Shown here one piece after another: positions 58,000 to 64,000 of a stretch of DNA of 64,000 nucleotides (its first letter is position 1; the number at the start of each line of letters is the position of its first letter). The notes beneath the pieces were generated by a model. The model was not told the DNA's origin and made no database searches. It saw nothing but the letters and a program-made list of their open reading frames with translations. The stretch covers positions 384,001 through 448,000 of the forward strand of contig CAWAHW010000007.1 in NCBI GenBank assembly GCA_963781885.1, written 5' to 3'. A program made the position numbers and the translations under genes. Origin of the DNA: an uncultured Spirochaetota bacterium. GTDB lineage: Bacteria > Spirochaetota > Spirochaetia > SZUA-6 > Fen-1364.

Positions 58000-59392
58000 A
58001 TGTCGATGCACCACAACGCTTGCCGCCGTATCCTGTCCGCGCTCGTTCTGTTCACTGCCGCGGTGCAGCTCGCCGCGGCTCCCGTCGTCCGGGTGCGCGT
58101 GCCCGCCGACGGATCGGTTGTAAAAACGGGCGTGGTCGTGCAGAGGGGCGGCTGGATGCAGCTCACACCCACGGGCACGTGGAGGGTCTTTCCAGACGTG
58201 GGATACGCCGACTACCGCGGCCATCTCGACGTCGTGATGGAGGGGGCGAAATTCCCGCTGGGCGCGCTCATGGTGCAGGTCGGCGACGGCGATGCCGCGC
58301 CCCTTGCCGACGCTCTGCCTTTCACCGCGGCGGCGGCGGGGGAGGTCCGCCTGTTCTGCAACTATGAGCAGGTGCCCAAGGGCTCGGGCGAGGGTGCGCT
58401 CAACGTGGTCATCGTCACCGGTCCCCAGCTTGCGGCCGTGCGCGCGAAGGCCGACGAGGAGCGCCGGCAGAAGGAGGTGGCGCTCGCCGCGGACGCGGAG
58501 GTCCAGGGATGCCTGCAGGCGGTGAACGCCGTCCGCAAGGCCGCGGGTCTGGCGCCCGTCGCCTTGTCCGTGGATCTTTCGGAAGGCTGCACGCTCCACG
58601 CGCGCTACCTCGCCGTCAACTGGGGAAGGCCCGAGGTGGAGGGCCTCAAGGCCCACCAGGAGCAGGAAACCCTCACGGGGTATACGGCGTCCGGCAAGCG
58701 TCCCGGGGCATCGTCCGTCATCAACTACGTGAGCCCCACCGCATCGGTGGCCTCCTGGGTGGGCACCTTCTATCACCGGATTCCGCTCCTCCAGCCCGAT
58801 CTGGTGTCGATCGGCATCGGCTACACGCAGGGCGGCCCAGGCTGGATCAGCGTCCTGGACTGCGTGTCCGACCTGGCGCATTCCACGCAGGTTGACTATG
58901 TCCGCTATCCCACGGAGGGGCAGACGGGCGTGCCGCGTTTCTTCCAGGACGAGATACCCAGCCCCGTTCCCGCGGGGCGCGCAGGCCTTGCCCGGCTTTC
59001 CCCTCACGGTTTACTTTGCGCATTTCCAGAAGGTGAGCGGTGCATCCCTCACGCTCGTCGACAGTCGGAAGCAGGCGGTGACGGGCTACTACTCCGACCC
59101 CGAGCATCCGGCCACTTTTTTCGACCAATGGCGCGCCGTGTGCTTCATCCCGGCGCAGGCCTTGAAGCCGGGCGAGCGCTACACGGCACACCTGGTGGCG
59201 ACGATGGACGGCAGGCCGGTGGACGACACGTGGTCGTTCACCACGGCACAAGGCGCGTTTTCCACGCTGGGCGGAACGGGTGCCGAAGGCGGTACGTCAT
59301 TCGATCTGACGACCAATATCCTGGGGGGGCTTCTGGTTGGCTCTCTCATCGGGATTGCGGTCTATTTCCTGCTCACGTTGTTCATTCACTGA
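58000..59392 (+). CDS. CAP (SCP) domain protein with N-terminal lectin-like domain, Ig-like domain and C-terminal TM, frameshifted near 58985
   Basis: VNAVRKAAGLAPV...HARYL...H...W..TFYHR.PLL.P....IGIG; the second frame continues GFPLTVYF...FIP...LKPG.RYT...WSFTT + TM. Confidence 0.78.
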
Positions 59393-59467
59393 GGCGCGCC
59401 TGCCCCGGTCGCGCCCGCTTTTTGACCTTTTTCCGGAATCACAGTACCGTTGAAACGAGGAGTCCCC

Positions 59468-60517
59468 ATGCTTCAGTCAGCGGAAACCGCCCAGGACCTC
59501 TACGAAAGGATGCACGCGAAGCTTGCCGCCGTCGTGCCTGATTTCGAGCTGCGGTACAAGGCAGACATCGCATTTCGCATCAATGAGCTGAAACGCGCGC
59601 GCAACGCCGTGGTCCTCGGGCACAACTATATGGAGCCGGCCCTCTATCACTCGATACCCGATTTCACCGGTGATTCGCTGGAGCTTTGCCGCAAGGCCGC
59701 GACGACGGATGCCGACATCATCGTCTTCTGCGGCGTGCGCTTCATGGCGGAGACGGCCAAGATCCTCAACCCGCGCAAGACCGTCCTGATCCCATCGCCC
59801 AAGGCGGGATGCTCCCTCGCGGAGAGCATCACGGCCGCGGATGTGCGGGGGCTGAAGGCGCGGTTCCCCGGTGTTCCCGTGGTCACGTACGTCAACACGT
59901 ATGCCGACGTGAAGGCGGAGTCAGACATCTGCTGCACGTCGGGCAACGCGGCAAAGGTCGTGCAGTCGCTGCCAGGCGACGCGGTGATCTTCCTGCCGGA
60001 TGAGTTCCTTGCCCGCAACGTGGCGCGCGAGACGGGAAAACGGATCGTGTTTCCCACGAAGTCGCCGCGGCCCGGCGCGGACGCGGAGCTGGACTACCAG
60101 ATGATCGGATGGCAGGGCCGCTGCGAGGTGCATGAAAAGTTCAGCGTAGAGGACATCGCGAACGTCCGCCGGCAGTTCCCCGACGTCGTGGTGCTGGCCC
60201 ACCCCGAATGCAGCCCCGAGGTGGTGGACGCGTCTGACTTTTCCGGCAGCACGGCCGCCATGATCGCCTACGTGGAGGAGACGAAAGCGCCGCGCTATCT
60301 CCTGCTCACGGAATGCAGCATGGGAGACAACATCGCGGCGGCCAACCCGAAGAAGGAGATGCTGCGCCTCTGCAGCGTGCGCTGCCCGCACATGAACGAG
60401 ATCACGTTGGAGCAGACACTTGCGGCGCTGGAAAACACGCGCTACGTCGTCGACGTGCCGGAGGCCATCCGGGTGCGCGCATATGCCGCCGTGGAGCGGA
60501 TGATCTCGATAGGCTGA
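59468..60517 (+). CDS. nadA: Quinolinate synthase
   Basis: GHNYM, GDSL.L, FCGVRFMAETAKILNP, AGCSLA, YVNT, CEVHE, AHPEC, CPHM. Confidence 0.96.
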   Translation: MLQSAETAQDLYERMHAKLAAVVPDFELRYKADIAFRINELKRARNAVVLGHNYMEPALYHSIPDFTGDSLELCRKAATTDADIIVFCGVRFMAETAKILNPRKTVLIPSPKAGCSLAESITAADVRGLKARFPGVPVVTYVNTYADVKAESDICCTSGNAAKVVQSLPGDAVIFLPDEFLARNVARETGKRIVFPTKSPRPGADAELDYQMIGWQGRCEVHEKFSVEDIANVRRQFPDVVVLAHPECSPEVVDASDFSGSTAAMIAYVEETKAPRYLLLTECSMGDNIAAANPKKEMLRLCSVRCPHMNEITLEQTLAALENTRYVVDVPEAIRVRAYAAVERMISIG

Positions 60518-60529
60518 ACGGAGGCCGGC

Positions 60530-61540
60530 ATGAGGGACCTCATTCAATCCATCGCGGGAGAATACCAGCGCTATCGGAAGCTGGCCGAGGATTCACTCGC
60601 CCAGGTCTCCGACGATGAGCTGAATCGCGTGCCGACTGACGGCAACTCCATCGCGACGCTCGTGCGCCATCTTGCCGGCAACCTCCGGTCGCGCTTTACC
60701 GACTTCCTCACGACTGACGGCGAGAAGCCCTGGCGGGATCGGGAGACCGAGTTCACCGGCGCGTTCGGCAGCCGCGCGGAGATGCTCGCGGCGTGGGGGG
60801 AGGGGTGGAAGGCGCTGGAAGGGGCACTTGTGTCTCTCACGGACGACGATGCGGGAAAGACCGTCACGATTCGGGGTCAGCAGCTTTCGGTCCGGGAGGC
60901 GCTGCACCGCTCCCTCTCGCATACGAGCTATCACGTCGGGCAGATCGTGCTGCTCGCCCGGTCCTTCCGCGGCGACCAGTGGCGTTTCCTCAGCATCCCG
61001 CCGGGAAAATCCGCCGCGTACAACCGCATGCCGTCGATGGAGAAGCGTCCGCACCGCGTTGCCACTCTCCAGGAGGACATCGCCGTCCGCATCGAGAAGG
61101 CATTCTCGGGTCCTGTCTGGCACGGGCCGGCGCTCGCCGTCCTTCTCTCCGACGTCACGCCTGCCGAGGCGGTCGCGCGGCCGGTGCCGGGCGCGCACAC
61201 CATCGCCGAGATCGTACGGCATTGCATCTTCTGGTGTGACGACGCGGTGGCGTGGGCGCGCACCAGCGCCGGGATTGACCCCGCGCAGGCACAGGATTGG
61301 CCGGCCGAGGAAAGGCTCGATGGCACGAGCTGGCGGGCGCTCGCGGAGGAGCTCGCCACGAGCCATCGCAGCCTGGCTGCGGTGACGCGCGGTCTTTCAC
61401 TCGGGCAGCTTGCCGCTCCGACGCAGGGACACGATCACACGCTGGAGGACCAGATCCGCGGCGTGATCGAGCACGGCGCCTATCACGGCGGCCAGATCGC
61501 GCTGCTGCTGCGCGCGCTGCGAGGGCCGAAAAAGGCCTGA
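60530..61540 (+). CDS. DUF1572-like + DinB-like double-domain protein
   Basis: NSIA.LVRHLAGNLRSRFTDFLTTDGEKPWR.RETEF...H.SYHVGQIV; second domain WHGP...HTIAEIV.H...EHGAYHGGQI. Confidence 0.82.
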   Translation: MRDLIQSIAGEYQRYRKLAEDSLAQVSDDELNRVPTDGNSIATLVRHLAGNLRSRFTDFLTTDGEKPWRDRETEFTGAFGSRAEMLAAWGEGWKALEGALVSLTDDDAGKTVTIRGQQLSVREALHRSLSHTSYHVGQIVLLARSFRGDQWRFLSIPPGKSAAYNRMPSMEKRPHRVATLQEDIAVRIEKAFSGPVWHGPALAVLLSDVTPAEAVARPVPGAHTIAEIVRHCIFWCDDAVAWARTSAGIDPAQAQDWPAEERLDGTSWRALAEELATSHRSLAAVTRGLSLGQLAAPTQGHDHTLEDQIRGVIEHGAYHGGQIALLLRALRGPKKA

Positions 61541-61605
61541 CGGGCGCGGCGCTGCAAAGCGGTTGCTCCTTGCCACGCGGGCGCGTCGCGCTATAATGCC
61601 ACCCC

Positions 61606-62400
61606 ATGCAAGCCATTGATTTCGCCGGGAAGCTCGTCGTCGTCACCGGCGCCTCCAGCGGTCTGGGGCGCGAGATCGCGCGCGTCCTCGCGCTGCGTGA
61701 AGGGGCGAATCTCGTGATCGCGGCGCGCCGCCGGGACCGCCTGGAGGCGCTGAAGGCGGAGCTGGAATCGAAGAGCGCCTCCCGCGTGCACGTGGTGGTC
61801 GTGGATCTCGGCACGACGGACGGACCGGAAAGGCTCTTCCGCGAGGCCTCCGCGTGCGGGGATGTTTTCGGCCTTGTGAATTGCGCGGGGATCACGTTCT
61901 ACGGCAGGACGATGGAAGCGCCGCTGGAGAGGTCTCTCCAGATCGTCGCGGTGAACCAGGTCGCGGTGATGAAGCTGACCCTGCTCTTCCTCGACGCGTT
62001 CCTTCCGCGCGGAGCCGGCGCGATTCTCTCCATCACCAGCGTTGCCGCCTTTGTCCCCTGGCCGTTCCAGAACGTCTATTCCGCCGCCAAGAGCGCCGTG
62101 CAGTCCTTCATGGAAGGTCTTGCGCATGAGTACCGGAAAAGCGGGGTGAGCTTCAGCACGTTTGCGCCCGGAGGAATGGCGACCGAAATGCTCGCGCTCT
62201 CCGGCCTCGACCGCAAGCACGGCATGGACAGCCCGTTCAACATGCACCCGGCCCTCTCGGCACGCAAGGCTCTTTCGGCCTTCAAGAGACACAAGCTTTG
62301 CAGGGTGCCGGGGATCCTCAACAGGATGGGCATGATCATCTTCAAGCACGCGCCGCGTGCATTCTCCTGGTGGGCGGCAGCCGGAAACCTGGCCCCGTAG
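61606..62400 (+). CDS. Short-chain dehydrogenase/reductase
   Basis: TGASSGLG, NCAG, YSAAK; promoter TTGCCA-16-TATAAT 8 nt before ATG. Confidence 0.93.
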   Translation: MQAIDFAGKLVVVTGASSGLGREIARVLALREGANLVIAARRRDRLEALKAELESKSASRVHVVVVDLGTTDGPERLFREASACGDVFGLVNCAGITFYGRTMEAPLERSLQIVAVNQVAVMKLTLLFLDAFLPRGAGAILSITSVAAFVPWPFQNVYSAAKSAVQSFMEGLAHEYRKSGVSFSTFAPGGMATEMLALSGLDRKHGMDSPFNMHPALSARKALSAFKRHKLCRVPGILNRMGMIIFKHAPRAFSWWAAAGNLAP

Positions 62401-62416
62401 CGGGCCGGCGGCCCGT

Positions 62417-63093
62417 TTACAATGTGGCGACGCTGCGGAGCATGAGGAGAAAATGCGCGGCGGCGCCGCCGCTCACGAAGAGGTGCCAGATCTCGTGGGA
62501 GCCGAAGACGCCGGGGAAGGGATCGGGCCTTTTGACGGCATAGATCACGGCACCCAGCGTGTAGAGGAAGCCGCCCGCTGCAAGCCAGGCGATGCCTTCC
62601 GCGGGCAGCGCCTTCACCAGCGGCACGACGGCAACCACGGCAAGCCAGCCCATCGCGACATACAGGACGGTGGAGACCCACGACGGGATCCTGTCGAAGA
62701 AGAATGCTTTTGCCGCGACCCCCACGGCCGCAAGGGCCCAGACGGCGACAAGCAGCGTGACGCCCAGAGCGCCCGGCAGCACGCTGACGCAAACGGGGGT
62801 GTACGTGCCGGCGATGAGGAGATAGATGGCCGCATGGTCGATCCGGCGCAGGAGGCGCTCCGTGCCGGGCGTTGCGCGGAGGAGGTGATACGCCGCGCTC
62901 GCGGAGAACAGAAGGATCATGGAAAAACCGTAGATGGCGAATGCCGCCCGCCGGCCGGGACCGGAAGTGACGCGTTCTCCAACACGACCAGGCCGGCCAC
63001 GGCCGCGAGCGCGCTGGCGAGGTGGGAGAGCCCGCTGAAGGGCTCCTTCAGGAACGCGCGCAGCCCCTTTTCAACTCCCGGCTCCATCCGCAT
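62417..63093 (-). CDS. Hemolysin III / PAQR family membrane protein, frameshifted near 62972
   Basis: EPFSGLSH in the upstream frame from ATG 63093; SAAYH, DHAAIYLLIAGTYTP, Y..MGW and HEIWHLFV in the downstream frame. Confidence 0.88.
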
Positions 63094-63114
63094 ACGGTTC
63101 CATTTTTCAGGCCA

Positions 63115-64000
63115 TCATGTCGAGAGCCAGACCCGCATCGGCCCCGGGCCGCGATTGGCCCAGGCGTAGTAGGGGATGGCGCTGAAGCCGGGACCCTTGA
63201 TGACCGTGAGCCCGCCGAGCAGCCTTTGCGCGGGCTCGGCTGACAAGCTCGATTTATCCCCGAGCCGGATCGATTCGAGCGGTCGATCCGCGTCACGGCC
63301 TTCGACACAATACACCAGGGGTCCCCGCTGGAGCGCCCCGCGGCCCTGATTTTCCTCCACGCGGGGATCGCATCGCACGATCCGCACGGGCATCGGGAGG
63401 GTGAGCTCAACCGCGTCGCCGTCGCGCCATACGCGGTCGATGACCGCGTATCCATTTTCAAGCTCGACGGGAAGCGGCCTGCCGTTCAAGGCCAGCACCG
63501 GCGCCTGCGCGCACGGTTCCTGGAAACAGTACAGGTTGGCGCCCAGTATCCTTTCCTGCGCCCATCCGGGAACGCGCACCATGAGCCGCGCGCGCGTCGC
63601 CGTCTCGGGGGAGAGGGTGATGCGGATCCTTCCGTCCCAGGGGTAGGCGGTATCCTGGCTCACGTGGAAACGCGCGCCTCCTGCGTTCACCACGGCGTTT
63701 CCCTTGACGAACAGGTTCACGTAGATCGTGTTGCCGCACGAAGCGTAGAGGTAGCCCGGGAGCGACGGGAAGAAGCGGCAGAGGCTGGTGGGACAGCAGG
63801 AGACCTCGAACCAGGGCTGACGGCCCGCGCTTCCGTGATTGAAGCGGAACACGCCGTCTGACTCCAGGGGATTGGTATAGAAGAACTCGTCCCCGTCGAG
63901 TGAGACCCCCGACAGGATCCTGTTGTAGAGCGTCTGCTCCAGCACGTCGATGTACTTGGACTCGCCCGTGAGGAGGAACAGGCGATGATTCCACATCACC
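63115..64000 (-). CDS. Glycoside hydrolase family 127 (beta-L-arabinofuranosidase-like), C-terminal part (5' truncated)
   Basis: YIDVLEQTLYN, FFY.NPL, W..VSCCP, YPWDG, R.PGW, RGPLVYC.E, IPYYAWANRG..M.VW. Confidence 0.9.
   Translation of the reverse strand, partial: VMWNHRLFLLTGESKYIDVLEQTLYNRILSGVSLDGDEFFYTNPLESDGVFRFNHGSAGRQPWFEVSCCPTSLCRFFPSLPGYLYASCGNTIYVNLFVKGNAVVNAGGARFHVSQDTAYPWDGRIRITLSPETATRARLMVRVPGWAQERILGANLYCFQEPCAQAPVLALNGRPLPVELENGYAVIDRVWRDGDAVELTLPMPVRIVRCDPRVEENQGRGALQRGPLVYCVEGRDADRPLESIRLGDKSSLSAEPAQRLLGGLTVIKGPGFSAIPYYAWANRGPGPMRVWLST

Noticed and set aside
62417-63093. Hemolysin III as a virulence factor
   Set aside because: PAQR/HlyIII proteins are ubiquitous membrane homeostasis proteins; nothing here indicates pathogenicity
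342-63994. Many long antisense or alternate-frame ORFs (e.g. 12836-14644, 25835-27778, 42178-44250, 51013-53121, 55753-57648)
   Set aside because: They are shadow ORFs expected from high GC3 bias opposite well-supported genes; they are Arg/Gly/His-rich and have no motifs
1-64000. CRISPR array, tRNA/rRNA, IS elements, integrase, prophage, selenocysteine recoding
   Set aside because: No regularly spaced repeats, T-loop or anticodon-arm patterns, transposase or integrase motifs, or in-frame TGA at catalytic Cys positions were found by eye

Overview
High-GC bacterial chromosomal segment, most likely from a free-living Spirochaetia. This is inferred from an FlcA-like flagellar collar gene, a spirochete-type second SSB and TPR lipoproteins. 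It is mostly housekeeping and metabolic: xth, guaB, btuB/tonB under a cobalamin riboswitch, a two-component system, a fused 2-oxoacid dehydrogenase E1 plus E2, trxA, ssb, ilvE, class II RNR, mnmE-mnmG-rsmG, ftsK and nadA. There is one small DUF4258/DUF2283-type toxin-antitoxin pair. I found no tRNA, rRNA, CRISPR array or transposase. About nine single-base frameshifts in conserved genes point to uncorrected sequencing indels. The most notable observations are: (i) an A2-type heme-copper oxidase operon headed by a membrane DUF2231-like/cytochrome c fusion and lacking heme O/A synthases; (ii) a DnaK substrate-binding-domain/TM/LysM protein coupled to a lytic transglycosylase; (iii) back-to-back sigma28-like promoters driving flcA and a secreted CBM48-like gene; (iv) recurrent leaderless promoter architecture; (v) a 4x 11-bp direct-repeat operator at the two-component system; (vi) a lipoprotein with a gluzincin motif. 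All product calls come from motif recognition by eye; no database search was run.
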